From NCBI GenBank assembly GCA_020348925.1, contig CP070758.1, forward strand, positions 2,867,688 through 2,931,687: 64,000 nt of DNA, written 5' to 3'. This document shows, piece by piece, positions 52,355 to 63,258 of this stretch; the first letter of the stretch is position 1; the number at the start of each line of letters is the position of its first letter. This DNA comes from Gemmatimonadota bacterium (GTDB taxonomy: Bacteria > JBHIER01 > G020348925). Below the pieces are notes generated by a model. It saw nothing but the letters and a program-made list of their open reading frames with translations. It did no database searches and was not told where the DNA came from. The position numbers and the translations under genes were made by a program.

Positions 52355-55300
52355 CTATTTTAAGAGTAACATCTTCTGAATGTGAGTGAAGGATTCCGCC
52401 TTCATCTCATAGAAATATAGACCTGAACTCACCTTCTGCCCACGGTCATCCGTACCATCCCAGATTACCGAATGGTGTCCGCCAGCCTGCTCAGCCTCGA
52501 CAAGCCCTTTTATACGTTCCCCCTTGATATTGTAAATAATGATGGACGTGTATGATGCCCGGGGCAGTTCATATTCAATAGTTGTTTCGGGATTGAAAGG
52601 GTTCGGGTAGTTCTGCAAGAGGTCATACGTCATCGGGCTCTGAGACTCCGCTTTCAGAAGAGCCATAAACCGCCGGAAATCGTCCGCCAGTAAAAACGGT
52701 TTGAGCGACGCACACACGGAGATCACCTCAGGATTCACTATCGGCTTGCAAGAAGGGGAACATCCGCCGATGCCGAGAATGGCATTGACCATGCCGACAA
52801 TATCGAGGACGTCGATCCGACCGTCCTCGTTGCAGTCGGCCCGCTGGAGCGGTTGACCGATCAAGGGGGCAGTGTCCAGAATGTGGTTGACTGTCAGTAA
52901 TACATCCAGCACGTCGATGCCACCTTCGCAATTGATATCACCACTCTCAACGGTAGTTTGCTCCGGATTGTGCGCGTGGGGGCAGTTGTCCTCCTCGCAA
53001 CTATTGGCCGGGTACCCCGGATCACCGTATCCGTCACCATCAGTGTCCGTGCACGAATCACATACATCCCCTTCGCCATCGTTATCTGTATCCATCTGGT
53101 CGGTGTTGAAATCATTCGGACAATTATCGCAGATATCGCCCAACTCGTCATCGTCACTATTCTCCTGGTCAGGATTATACTGCTGGGGACAATTGTCCTC
53201 GGTGTCAAGGACTCCGTCTTCATCGTCATCGAGGGACGGCGGATCGAGATGAAAACCCTGGATCCAGGCGGCGGCAACTAACGACCCGTCATTACTATTC
53301 CCACTATTATCAGTAATGACTGCCCCGTTGCCTTCGTTCATCGTCCAGTAGGCGGCCAGCCCGGCCTCATCTCCCTCCAGGTAAGAATTAATCCCGCCGG
53401 ATATATCCTCCTCAGGGCGGACGATATTCCAGATCCGAACCTCGTCGATAATGCCTTCGAAGGTGTAACTTCCGGTGAAATCGTTTCCGACATACATATC
53501 ATTATCGCTGTTGTCCCGGATAGTTCCGGATGCCGGGCTGACGTGTGACACTTCCTGCTCAATGCCGTCGATAAACATTCTGACGGAGCTGGTCGTACCG
53601 TCATACGTGACAGCAACATGCTGCCACGTGTCGAGCTCTATCGAGCCTTCGGGTGTGGTCGAAAAGCCGCTGGTACCATTTTCGTGATACAGTTGCAGGG
53701 CCAGGCTGTGGTTGTTACACGATGGATTCGATTCGACGAGAAAGAGAGTAAACTGTCTCTTGTCGACAATTCTTCCGTATCCGAGGGTCGGAAATTCTCC
53801 CCAGCCTGTGGGATTGATCCAGGTTTCGAGAGTAAAAGTTTCAGTGAGATTCAAAGACGGTGCGGCCGAACACACAACGTAACTGTTTTGTCCATCAAAC
53901 TGGAGCGCACTTTCCCCGTCGAAGACACGGATGTAAGCCTCTTGTACGTGTGTGTCCGTAGTGGAATCGTTGGATACTTCCAGGTATACGGAATACGTCC
54001 CCGGCTCTTGGTACGTCCAGCTCGGATTTTGTTCCTCGGCATCGATTGTGCCGTCGTGATCGAAATCCCAGGACCAGGCTGTTGTCGGGGGAACGGCGTA
54101 AGATTGCTCGGTGAAGTTCACGGTCAGAGGAGCGTGACCGGTCGTATGATCCGCCTGAAAATCCGCCCTGAGGAAGTAGGGGCTGCCGATCCAGGCGAGG
54201 GCTGCTTCGACCACGGTGTCCCTGCCCCTGGCCACGTCCTCCTGCGTGAGCCAGACCTCCTCGTGAACCTCAACTCCGGTGTGGGCCAGATATCGGTGAC
54301 CGTCGATGAGATAGCCGCTGCCATTTGCTTTGGTCATGTAAAAACTGGGATGTCCCAGATCCGGATAATCGGAGGGCGTAAAGGCTCCGCATGATGATTT
54401 CCCGAAAGTCCGCACCATGGGATGAAACTGGGTCCGCAACGACTCCCAATCACCGTTGCTGACGGCATTGGGGCCGGTTAAAACGGCAATGGGTTGGTCG
54501 TAGTACGTTTCGGGATCTCCGTGAATGATAAACCTTTCCGCCGTATGCGTCGGGTGGGGGACCATATCATAGCGGTCGTCGGGATTGCCGCGCATGTCGA
54601 AGGAGACCCTGCGCTCGGTCGTATTGAACAGGAGGGAATAGCCGTCGTGGGCCTCCTCCATGGTGCCGCCGTAATTGAGCCTCATGTCGATAATCATACC
54701 CTCGGTCTCGTGGTTGAACATAAAGTCGTAGATGGCATCGTAGAATTGCTCGCTGATCTGATGCCGTTGCTCCCACGACCAGGAGGCGATATAGATATAC
54801 CCGATCTGCGTACCTTCGACGATGCCCCAGGTGACGTAGTCCTCCGTCCAGAAATTGGGCATCTCCACCCCGGGTACAGGCAGTTGTTCATTACCCCAGA
54901 TGTCGCCGGACTGATACTGAAGAGGGGCCGTCGAGAGGTGGAGGGTGTCGCCTGTGCTGTACTTCACGACATCGATGGTGTCGAAGAGGTGCCAGTTCAG
55001 ACCGGCACTTTGCAGCATATTATGGGTGAACGACTCGGGGTGACTGCCCCAGACATAGTTGAGACGGATGGGGAGCTGGGCTTCCAGGAGCTCCTTGTAT
55101 AGTTCTTTCCACAGGATACCGTCGTAGCCTAAAACAAGGTCACCGGGTTCGAGGCCCAATCGATGGTTGGGCAATGCCCGGTAGACCAGTAGCGTGCTGT
55201 CCGGAAGAGGAGTCAGGCAGGCGCCGAACCGGGAATTGTCCGTGGCCGTGCTGACGACGAAGAGGGGGACACCGGGCCGTGGCGGAGTTCCCCAGGTCAC

Positions 55301-55756
55301 GCCGATGTCACAAATGAATGTGTGGGCATCCATCAGGGCCAGGGAGAAATGGTTCAGGATGGCGGCGAAACGTCCCCGGCTTACACCTTGGGAAATTTCC
55401 GCCTCCCATAATGCTCCCAGGGAGTCAATATTCACATCGAGATTCATGAAGGCCCCGAACCGCTCGTCGATCTCATCCCAGGCCCTGCCGCCGATCTCCA
55501 TTTTTTGTTCCGTAGGCAATCCCTGGCCCCAGACCGAATCGATGGCATCTCTCCAGTCCTGCTGCGTGTAGTGGCCTGGCTTTTTGACGACATGATCGAC
55601 GTTCCAGGTTTCGATTTCCCGTTGATTCTGAAGGTAGGGTGGAATATCCCGGCTCGCATTACTGGATTGCGGTTGTTCGGATGGATCGACGGAAGAATAT
55701 CCTATGTTCAGTAAGGAAACAATCAGTACGATCAGCATGCGCCCTTCGTTTTTCAT
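52355..55756 (-). CDS. S41-family peptidase + PKD + LamG + TSP3 + dockerin (class A) + T9SS/FlgD-type CTD
   Basis: PDZ-like GLEPGDLVLGYDG, IGYIYI, IIDMRLNYGG, AVLTGPNAVSNGD, followed by the shared tail. Confidence 0.88.
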   Translation of the reverse strand: MKNEGRMLIVLIVSLLNIGYSSVDPSEQPQSSNASRDIPPYLQNQREIETWNVDHVVKKPGHYTQQDWRDAIDSVWGQGLPTEQKMEIGGRAWDEIDERFGAFMNLDVNIDSLGALWEAEISQGVSRGRFAAILNHFSLALMDAHTFICDIGVTWGTPPRPGVPLFVVSTATDNSRFGACLTPLPDSTLLVYRALPNHRLGLEPGDLVLGYDGILWKELYKELLEAQLPIRLNYVWGSHPESFTHNMLQSAGLNWHLFDTIDVVKYSTGDTLHLSTAPLQYQSGDIWGNEQLPVPGVEMPNFWTEDYVTWGIVEGTQIGYIYIASWSWEQRHQISEQFYDAIYDFMFNHETEGMIIDMRLNYGGTMEEAHDGYSLLFNTTERRVSFDMRGNPDDRYDMVPHPTHTAERFIIHGDPETYYDQPIAVLTGPNAVSNGDWESLRTQFHPMVRTFGKSSCGAFTPSDYPDLGHPSFYMTKANGSGYLIDGHRYLAHTGVEVHEEVWLTQEDVARGRDTVVEAALAWIGSPYFLRADFQADHTTGHAPLTVNFTEQSYAVPPTTAWSWDFDHDGTIDAEEQNPSWTYQEPGTYSVYLEVSNDSTTDTHVQEAYIRVFDGESALQFDGQNSYVVCSAAPSLNLTETFTLETWINPTGWGEFPTLGYGRIVDKRQFTLFLVESNPSCNNHSLALQLYHENGTSGFSTTPEGSIELDTWQHVAVTYDGTTSSVRMFIDGIEQEVSHVSPASGTIRDNSDNDMYVGNDFTGSYTFEGIIDEVRIWNIVRPEEDISGGINSYLEGDEAGLAAYWTMNEGNGAVITDNSGNSNDGSLVAAAWIQGFHLDPPSLDDDEDGVLDTEDNCPQQYNPDQENSDDDELGDICDNCPNDFNTDQMDTDNDGEGDVCDSCTDTDGDGYGDPGYPANSCEEDNCPHAHNPEQTTVESGDINCEGGIDVLDVLLTVNHILDTAPLIGQPLQRADCNEDGRIDVLDIVGMVNAILGIGGCSPSCKPIVNPEVISVCASLKPFLLADDFRRFMALLKAESQSPMTYDLLQNYPNPFNPETTIEYELPRASYTSIIIYNIKGERIKGLVEAEQAGGHHSVIWDGTDDRGQKVSSGLYFYEMKAESFTHIQKMLLLK

Positions 55757-55797
55757 ACGAGTACCCTCCTTTATATTTTATTTTTGCCCCCTTAATT

Positions 55798-58700
55798 TTA
55801 CTTTATCAGCATCATTTTCTTCATGTCCGTGAAATCGCCAGCCATTAATCTATAGAAATAGACAACGCTCGTCAAATCGGAACCATCCCACCTGATCCCG
55901 TGATATCCTGCATCCAATTCCGAATCCACCAAAACCTCAACGATCTGACCCAGCACGTTGTACACTGTGAGGGTAACTTTGGAGGTTCTCGGCAGTCCGA
56001 ATTGGATCTCAGTATCGGGGTTGAAAGGATTCGGATAGTTCTGGGATAAGGTGTATTCGGATGGAACGGAGAGCTCTTTGTGAACGAGAGACATGAAATG
56101 TGAGAAATCTTCTCTATGCAGATACTGTTTCAAGGACTCGCAGTAGCGAACCACATCGGCAGTCACTATCGGTCTGCACGAGGGGGAGCATTCGCCGATG
56201 CCGAGAATGACGTTCACGATGGACAGGGCATCCAGGACGTTGACGCCCCCATCACCGTTGCAGTCGGCCCGTTCGAGAGGTCCCCCGGCCAGGATGGTGT
56301 TGCCCAGGATGTGGTTGACGACGGCCAGGATATCCAGAACGTCGATCCCATCGTCGCAGTTGATGTCACCACGCTCCACGTCCTCCTGTCCCGGATTGTA
56401 TACTTCGGGACAAATATCCTCCTGGCACGTGTTGGCCGGATAGCCGGGATCGCCGTGGCCGTCGCCGTCGGTGTCGGTGCAGAGATCGCAGGCATCACCG
56501 AGAGTGTCACCGTCGGCGTCGTCCTGGTCCGGATTATACTCGTCCAAACAATTATCGCAGGCATCACCCACACCGTCGGTATCGGAGTCAGCCTGTCCGG
56601 GATTGGCCTGATCCGGGCAGTTGTCGATGATGTCGGCAATACCGTCCCCATCCCGGTCACCGTATTCTGCCTCGGTGATCGTGAGAAATTGATTGACAGG
56701 CACATTGGTCAGAATATCAACCATGCCGCTGGGCCATTCGACCTTGATGGAGTCGATAACGGTGGCATCGGCGAGCCCGAAATGGGCGTTCAGACTGCTG
56801 CAGGCGTAACCCCCGGATCGTGGATTTATTGTCCGGAGCTGCCACGTCGGTCTGGCCTTCATGTTGGCTTTGAGTCTGATTTTTGCCCCAATCGCCGAAC
56901 GATTTGAGATGGTGCCGACACACGCGATGTTGCTCCAGTTGTTGGCATTCCCGTTATTCCGGTACAATAGATTTGGTTGGTCGTTATACCAGTTGGTGAG
57001 GTACAGATCGAGGTCGCCGTCACGGTCGTAATCCGCTGCTCCGACGATGCCCGAGACGCCGGGATCATTCACGAACGTACTCTCAGTCGACCGGTAGAAT
57101 TGGCCGTTTCCTCCATTCGTATAGAGGACGTCCGGATTGGATCCATTCGGATTGTCGTTGACCACATAGAGGTCGAGATCACCGTCATTATCGAAGTCAC
57201 CCCAGCAGCTGCTTGTGGACCAGCCTCCGTCGGTGACGACATCCTGTCCTGTAATTTTCAAGAAATCGTCGGCACTGCGATTCTCGTACAATGCATTGTC
57301 GAAGCCTTGATAGCTTGCAACGAAGAGATCCAGGTCACCATCGTTATCATAATCCCCCCAGCTGAAGTCCACCGCTCTCGATTCGGAGAGAAAATCGCCG
57401 TCAGTAATCCGCGTAAATGTGTCGCCCTCATTACGGAAAAGAACATCACCCGCCTCGTACTTTATCACGAACAAATCCTGGTCGCCATCATTATCATAAT
57501 CCGCCCAGCTGGCCCCGCTGGAGTGGACGGCATCGGTCACGATGACACCCTCGGTGATCTTGGTGAATTGGCCGTCACCGTGGCCGTGGTACAGCTGGTC
57601 ATAACAGGGGCCTGAGGGTGGCATGGTGCCATGGTCAGCCACGAAAATATCAAGAGCGCCATCATTGTCGTAGTCGGCGCAGATCGAGAGGAAAGACGCA
57701 CCACGGTCAGTAACTATGATGTCGTCAGTACCTTTCGTAAAGCTTTCGTCCCCATTATTAAGATAAAAGAAGTTCTCGGTTATCATATGAATACCGTTTG
57801 TCACGTAGGCGTCGAGATCACCGTCGTTGTCGTAATCGCCCCAGGAGCTGCCGTTGGAGCCGCCTTCGCTGACGATGGCGTCATCGGTGATCCGTGTGAA
57901 CGATCCATCGCCGTTGTTTCGATACAGACGATTGAGCCCACCCTGCATGGGCACAAACAGATCTTGATAGGCATCATTGTTGTAGTCGATCCAGTTCAGG
58001 CCGGCCGCCGAACCGAGATCGCTGACCGCGTCTCCTTCAAAAATGCGGGTGAACTGGTCGAAGGTGAATTTGGCCACAAAGCAATCGCTGGCACCGCCAT
58101 TGTACGTGTCATCGTAAGCGCCTGAGGAGAGGGGAAAGTCCGCGGAGGAATTGGTATAACCGGCAACGTACACATCGCCGTTTTCGTCGATCGTCATCGA
58201 GCTGGCCCCTTCCTCTCCGGAACCGCCGAGGAAAGTGGAGTATACCAGGGCTGTGAGATCATCGTCGAGCTTCATGAGATAGGCCTCACTGGTACCCCCG
58301 TTGAAAGAGACATCATATCCGTTGAGGGTCGTGGGAAAATCCGGGGAGGGTGTGGTCCCACAGCAGAGCAGATTTCCTCTGCCGTCGGCCTTCATGTCCC
58401 AGATATGTCCCAGACCGGCGTCGTTCGGCGTCGTGAAGGTGGAGGCCAAAAGTGCTGAGAGATCGCGGTCGAGCTTCGAGATGAAGTACTCGTCACCGCT
58501 GAATTCCTCGTCGAGAACTCCGGGTGTTGTGGGAAAGTTGGTATCCCAGGTGTGGCCGCTGACGTAGACATTTGTGGCCTCATCCAGTGACAAGTGGAGG
58601 CACCCTTCATAATCGTCGGCCCCAAGAAACGTGGAAGCGAGCAGAGCCGTCAGATCGTTGTTCAACTTCGATACGAAGACATCCAGGTTCCATTGGCCGT

Positions 58701-60225
58701 ATGAGTGGTCGCCGTTAAAACTCGGATCGTAGGCGGCGGCCGATACGGGGAAGTCGTGGGAGCCGCTGGAACCCGCAACGAAGATATTTCCGCCTTCATC
58801 GATGGTGATGCTGGGCCACCATTCATGATACATGCCTCCCAGAAATGTGGATGCCAGCAGCGAGGCAAGATCCCTGTCGAGCTTCGACACAAAAAAGTCG
58901 TCGCTTCCTCCGTTGTAGCTCTCGTCGTAGGCCCCGGGGGTCGTCGGGAAGGAGTTATGATCTGTCGTGCCCGTCACGAAAATGTTATTATGATCGTCCA
59001 GAACTATTTTCACTCTGCCTTCGTAGCCGTTTCCTCCGAGATAGGTTGAAGAGAGCAGGGTCGTCAGGTCACCGCTGAGTTTCGACACACAGGCATCGCT
59101 CGAACCCGCCCTACTGCCGTCGTATGCGCCGGGAGTCGTCGGGTAATTGGGGGATTGCGTGATACCGGACACGTACACCTCTCCACCATCATCGACAGTA
59201 ATGTCCCAGGATCGATCGAAACCGCTTCCGCCGATGATGGCACAGGCTGAGAGCGTCGTGAGATCTCCCTCAAGTTTCGACACGAAGATGTCATAATTGC
59301 CCCGAAAATCCGTCTCGTACGCGCCCGGAGTCCTTGGGAAATCCTGTGAGGACGTCATGCCAGCGATATACACACTGCCATCAGGTCCCATATCCGTCCA
59401 GATCCACCAGAATTCATCACCGCCCTCCGTACCATTTCCTCCGAGGAAGGTGGCGACCAGGAGCGGATCAATGATCAGCGGCATTTTTCGATCATATGGG
59501 CCGATTGAAAAGCCATATTCGAATCCCTCGGTAACATAAGACACAGCGACGTACTCTTTCACTCCTTTCACTTTCTGGAAAGCTATCGGTGCGCTGAACG
59601 TGATGACGCCCAGTTCGGTATACACTTCGAGTTCTCCAGCATCATTCACCGAGAGAAAATCGGCTCCGCTGAACCGAAGTGAAATCTCCCCGGGATCGGC
59701 ATCAGGGTCCACGACAAAAAGTTTCTCGATCGTATTGCCGTAGGCCTTGAGGGTCACACAGATGCCATCGTAGATCTCGCCGAGATCGATCCAGTCGAAG
59801 GTCCGAATATCACTCCACCATTTTGAGACATCCGCCCCTTTGAAGCAGCTCATCTTCGTTTCGGTCATTCCCCCACCCGCAATGTCACACGCACCAACAC
59901 CTACGAACTCCTCCAGCAACGCAACTCCCACATATTCTTCTCCCCGGATAGGCTTCGGGAGCGTGTAGATGATCTCACCGCTTGAGGTGATATAGACTTG
60001 GCCGCCGAAGGTATGGGCCGAGTACCGCACCTGCTCTTCGTACTGTCCTTCATTGGCGATGAAAGGTATTCGGAGGCTTCCCACCTGCGATGTCAGTGTT
60101 GTTTTCTGGGTAGATTCCCCCTTCGTTTCGATGACGGATGTGCCCTTGTGACAACCTCTGACGTCTCCGAAGGAAGACGCGGTCATAAGAACGACGAGGG
60201 TCATGACAATAGAGAAAAGTCTCAT
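55798..60225 (-). CDS. SBBP-repeat protein + FG-GAP/CRTAC1 + ASPIC/UnbV + TSP3 + dockerin (class A) + T9SS CTD
   Basis: FIANEGQ...PLIIDP N-terminal region, SBBP repeats, CRTAC1 block, QNYPNPFNP tail. GGAGG RBS before MRLFS. Confidence 0.9.
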   Translation of the reverse strand: MRLFSIVMTLVVLMTASSFGDVRGCHKGTSVIETKGESTQKTTLTSQVGSLRIPFIANEGQYEEQVRYSAHTFGGQVYITSSGEIIYTLPKPIRGEEYVGVALLEEFVGVGACDIAGGGMTETKMSCFKGADVSKWWSDIRTFDWIDLGEIYDGICVTLKAYGNTIEKLFVVDPDADPGEISLRFSGADFLSVNDAGELEVYTELGVITFSAPIAFQKVKGVKEYVAVSYVTEGFEYGFSIGPYDRKMPLIIDPLLVATFLGGNGTEGGDEFWWIWTDMGPDGSVYIAGMTSSQDFPRTPGAYETDFRGNYDIFVSKLEGDLTTLSACAIIGGSGFDRSWDITVDDGGEVYVSGITQSPNYPTTPGAYDGSRAGSSDACVSKLSGDLTTLLSSTYLGGNGYEGRVKIVLDDHNNIFVTGTTDHNSFPTTPGAYDESYNGGSDDFFVSKLDRDLASLLASTFLGGMYHEWWPSITIDEGGNIFVAGSSGSHDFPVSAAAYDPSFNGDHSYGQWNLDVFVSKLNNDLTALLASTFLGADDYEGCLHLSLDEATNVYVSGHTWDTNFPTTPGVLDEEFSGDEYFISKLDRDLSALLASTFTTPNDAGLGHIWDMKADGRGNLLCCGTTPSPDFPTTLNGYDVSFNGGTSEAYLMKLDDDLTALVYSTFLGGSGEEGASSMTIDENGDVYVAGYTNSSADFPLSSGAYDDTYNGGASDCFVAKFTFDQFTRIFEGDAVSDLGSAAGLNWIDYNNDAYQDLFVPMQGGLNRLYRNNGDGSFTRITDDAIVSEGGSNGSSWGDYDNDGDLDAYVTNGIHMITENFFYLNNGDESFTKGTDDIIVTDRGASFLSICADYDNDGALDIFVADHGTMPPSGPCYDQLYHGHGDGQFTKITEGVIVTDAVHSSGASWADYDNDGDQDLFVIKYEAGDVLFRNEGDTFTRITDGDFLSESRAVDFSWGDYDNDGDLDLFVASYQGFDNALYENRSADDFLKITGQDVVTDGGWSTSSCWGDFDNDGDLDLYVVNDNPNGSNPDVLYTNGGNGQFYRSTESTFVNDPGVSGIVGAADYDRDGDLDLYLTNWYNDQPNLLYRNNGNANNWSNIACVGTISNRSAIGAKIRLKANMKARPTWQLRTINPRSGGYACSSLNAHFGLADATVIDSIKVEWPSGMVDILTNVPVNQFLTITEAEYGDRDGDGIADIIDNCPDQANPGQADSDTDGVGDACDNCLDEYNPDQDDADGDTLGDACDLCTDTDGDGHGDPGYPANTCQEDICPEVYNPGQEDVERGDINCDDGIDVLDILAVVNHILGNTILAGGPLERADCNGDGGVNVLDALSIVNVILGIGECSPSCRPIVTADVVRYCESLKQYLHREDFSHFMSLVHKELSVPSEYTLSQNYPNPFNPDTEIQFGLPRTSKVTLTVYNVLGQIVEVLVDSELDAGYHGIRWDGSDLTSVVYFYRLMAGDFTDMKKMMLIK

Positions 60226-60285
60226 TACAACCTCCATTATGAGGGATTGACCGATTCCAATTGTTCATGTGCCTTATTCACGAGC

Positions 60286-60370
60286 TGTCATTCCGTCCGG
60301 AGCCTGTCCCGGGCTTGTGGCGGCATGCCGGAATCGCCTCAGGTGGCTCAACGTCCTCCAGGATTCCGGT
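60286..60370. repeat. REP-like element TGTCATTCCG with CCGGAATC/GATTCCGG inverted pair
   Basis: Same 10-nt start as the element at 40355, and an 8-bp inverted repeat at 60328/60362. Confidence 0.55.
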
Positions 60371-60425
60371 GGTAAGCATGAACGAAAGGAGTTGGAAGTA
60401 GATAACTTTCATAAGTCAAAAAAAC

Positions 60426-60454
60426 ATTTTATATTATCTGATCAATTTTGTGAA
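60426..60454 (-). promoter_or_regulatory. Candidate sigma70 promoter TTCACA-N17-TAAAAT
   Basis: Both hexamers match 5/6. The region is AT-rich, so a chance match is possible. Confidence 0.4.
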
Positions 60455-60479
60455 TACTCCAGGTTCAATGTGTCTCAAT

Positions 60480-63182
60480 TTATTTTATCAGCGTCATTTT
60501 TCTAATGTGTGTAAACTCTCCCGTCCTCAGTCTGTAGAAGTAGACGCCGCTGGTCATTGCGGAGCCGTCCCAGTGTATTGCATGGTGTCCCGCATCCAGC
60601 TCCGAATCGACCAGGACGTCCACAACTTCACCCAACAGATTATAGACCGCAAGCGTTACCCGGGAGCATTCGGTCAGGTCGAAGGTGATCTCCGTCTCAG
60701 GATTGAAAGGGTTGGGATGGTTTTGAGAGAGAGAGGAGCCTGTCGGAGTGAGCATGGGCGATTTCACGAGGGTCATGAAACGAGTGAACTCTTCTTTGCG
60801 CAGATAGTGTTTCAAAGACTGACAGTAGCGAACCACAGCAGGAGTTACGACCGGTTTGAAAGAGGGGGAACATTCGCCGATACCCAGGATGACGTTGACG
60901 ATGGATAAGGCATCCAGCACGTCGACGCCGCCGTCACCGTTGCAGTCGCTCCGGTTGAGAGGGCTCCCGGCCAGGAGGGTATTGCCCAAAATATGGTTGA
61001 CGACGGCCAGAATGTCCAGGACATCGATCCCACCATCGCAGTTGATATCTCCGCTCCCCACCTCCTCCTGTTCCGGATTGTACACCTCAGGGCAAATATC
61101 CTCCTGGCACGTGTTGGCCGGATAACCGGGATCGCCGTAGCCGTCATCATCGGTGTCGGTGCAGGAATCACAGGCATCACCGATTCCGTCGCTGTCGGCA
61201 TCTGATTGACCTGAATTCTGATCGGTCGGACAATTGTCGCAGCTATCACCGATACCGTCAGCGTCCCCATCCTCCTGGGCAGGATTATACACATCAGGAC
61301 AGTTGTCATTAGCGTCGAGGATTCCATCCTCATCAGCGTCAACACTTACCGGATTGAGATGGAACCCTTGGATCCAAGAGACAGCAACCGCTGTTCCGTC
61401 GTTGCCATGTCCCGAATGGTCTGAGATGGTTGTGCCGTGACCTTCATTCATACGCCAGTAGCCGATGAGCCCAGGTTCGTCTCCGAGGAGATGAGAATTC
61501 ACAGTGCGCGTAATCTCTTCCTCCGTTCGAGCGACATTCCACAAGCGTACTTCGTCAATACCTCCATCAAATGTGAGCCCACCACTGGCGTCATTGCCTA
61601 TCACCAGATCGTTCGTGCTGTTGTCTGAAACGGATCCAGAGGGTAGCGGTGTTTGTGACAGAATCTGTGTGAGACCATCGATATAAATTGAAAGTTGACT
61701 GGCCGTGCCGTTGTAGGTTACAGCCACATGCTGCCACGTATCGAGGACAACGGAACCCTCGGATGTGGTTGCAAAACTGTTGGCGCCATTCTCGTGAGAC
61801 AGTTGAAGAGCCAGACAGTGGCCGTTGAAGGCGGGATGGGAATCAATGAGAAAGAGGGCGAAGCGCTCCTTATCGACAATGGTTCCGAAACCGAGCGTGG
61901 TTATTTCTCCCCAGCCGGTGGGATTGATCCAAGCTTCGATGGTCAGGGCATCGGTTGGATTCAACGATGGAGAAGCCGGACATACCACCGAGCTGTGCTC
62001 CCCGTCAAACCGAAGGGCACTCACACCATCGAAAACCCAAACATAATCGTCATACGATAACTGGCACGACGTGGTATCACTGAAGACTTCTAAAATGACC
62101 GTGTACAGTCCCGGTTCTTCGAATGTCCACGTTGGATTTCGTTCCTGAGAATCGGTGGTACCGTCGCTGTCGAAGTCCCAGGCCACAGAAGTCGCGGGCA
62201 GGGGTGTATTCGAGAAATCGGTAGTGAAGCGGACGGTCAAGGGAGCGTGGCCTGTATTTTGATCCACACGCAGGGACGGTTCATATTTAAGCCTTTCGAT
62301 GACGGCTGCGTCCATCCAGTAAATGTCGGCGTTCCTCGAAAAAAAGAAGCACTTCCCGTCGGGCGATACACTTGGGATGGCCTGCGACTCCGATGTATTT
62401 ATCTCTTCACCCATGCCAATGGCCTGGGTCCACGTCCCGTCACTTCTTTTGTAACTGACGAACAGATCCGATAAGTATTCTCCTCGTGGTTGGGCGTCAA
62501 AAATCAGGTAGCTTTCGTCGGGAGCGATATAGGGGTGGGCCGTGTTCGGTTGAAAATTTATCTCGTCTCCCAGTTGCATGGGTTCTTCATACCCGTCGTC
62601 TCCATATCGTGAACAATAGATGCCGTCCTCTCCGGTAAAATAGAAGGTGCCGTCGATGGTTACCGAGGGATACATAACGAAGCGTTCCACAAAAGGGGAG
62701 CCTAAGGGTTGTGGTTCTGACCAGCCGGTGTCCGTCTTCTCCAAATACCATTGATGCATATCGATGGCCGGGCCGTCCCCTTCAAAGGGTCTCATCGATC
62801 CGAAATAGAGCCTCCGTCCGTCGGGCGTGATATGCGGTTCAAAATCGAAATAACCACCTGAGAAGGAGGCTATCGCCGGTTCTGTCCACTCATCATCAAC
62901 TTTTCTGGTGACGTATATGGTGTTCGTGCCCGCTTGGGTCACCGGTCGCCTGGTGAAGTAGTATTCTCTGAAATCGGGGGAGAAAGTTCCCGCAAATTCT
63001 GCCTCGTCCGTCGATATCATACCGGGGGCAAAAATTTCAGGACTCAAACCGGGTTCACCCTGCCCGATATAATCAACCGCAAGCCCGTTGATACGTTGAT
63101 ATCCGGCTGTGTTTTGAGCGTCAGAAGCCCCTGCCGTAATGATGAGGCTCATGATGATACCGACCAAACTCCAACGGACCAT
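60480..63182 (-). CDS. PD40/TolB-like propeller + PKD + LamG + TSP3 + dockerin (class A) + T9SS CTD
   Basis: YIGQGEPG, PYIAPDESYLIF, then the shared tail. Start moved to MVRWS (GAGGGGG RBS). Confidence 0.9.
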   Translation of the reverse strand: MVRWSLVGIIMSLIITAGASDAQNTAGYQRINGLAVDYIGQGEPGLSPEIFAPGMISTDEAEFAGTFSPDFREYYFTRRPVTQAGTNTIYVTRKVDDEWTEPAIASFSGGYFDFEPHITPDGRRLYFGSMRPFEGDGPAIDMHQWYLEKTDTGWSEPQPLGSPFVERFVMYPSVTIDGTFYFTGEDGIYCSRYGDDGYEEPMQLGDEINFQPNTAHPYIAPDESYLIFDAQPRGEYLSDLFVSYKRSDGTWTQAIGMGEEINTSESQAIPSVSPDGKCFFFSRNADIYWMDAAVIERLKYEPSLRVDQNTGHAPLTVRFTTDFSNTPLPATSVAWDFDSDGTTDSQERNPTWTFEEPGLYTVILEVFSDTTSCQLSYDDYVWVFDGVSALRFDGEHSSVVCPASPSLNPTDALTIEAWINPTGWGEITTLGFGTIVDKERFALFLIDSHPAFNGHCLALQLSHENGANSFATTSEGSVVLDTWQHVAVTYNGTASQLSIYIDGLTQILSQTPLPSGSVSDNSTNDLVIGNDASGGLTFDGGIDEVRLWNVARTEEEITRTVNSHLLGDEPGLIGYWRMNEGHGTTISDHSGHGNDGTAVAVSWIQGFHLNPVSVDADEDGILDANDNCPDVYNPAQEDGDADGIGDSCDNCPTDQNSGQSDADSDGIGDACDSCTDTDDDGYGDPGYPANTCQEDICPEVYNPEQEEVGSGDINCDGGIDVLDILAVVNHILGNTLLAGSPLNRSDCNGDGGVDVLDALSIVNVILGIGECSPSFKPVVTPAVVRYCQSLKHYLRKEEFTRFMTLVKSPMLTPTGSSLSQNHPNPFNPETEITFDLTECSRVTLAVYNLLGEVVDVLVDSELDAGHHAIHWDGSAMTSGVYFYRLRTGEFTHIRKMTLIK

Positions 63183-63258
63183 ACATACCCCCTCTGGTCG
63201 TGGGTCACTCCAATCCGCTTCCCTTGCGGACATTCAATGTTTGGGTCTGTTTCGTGTT

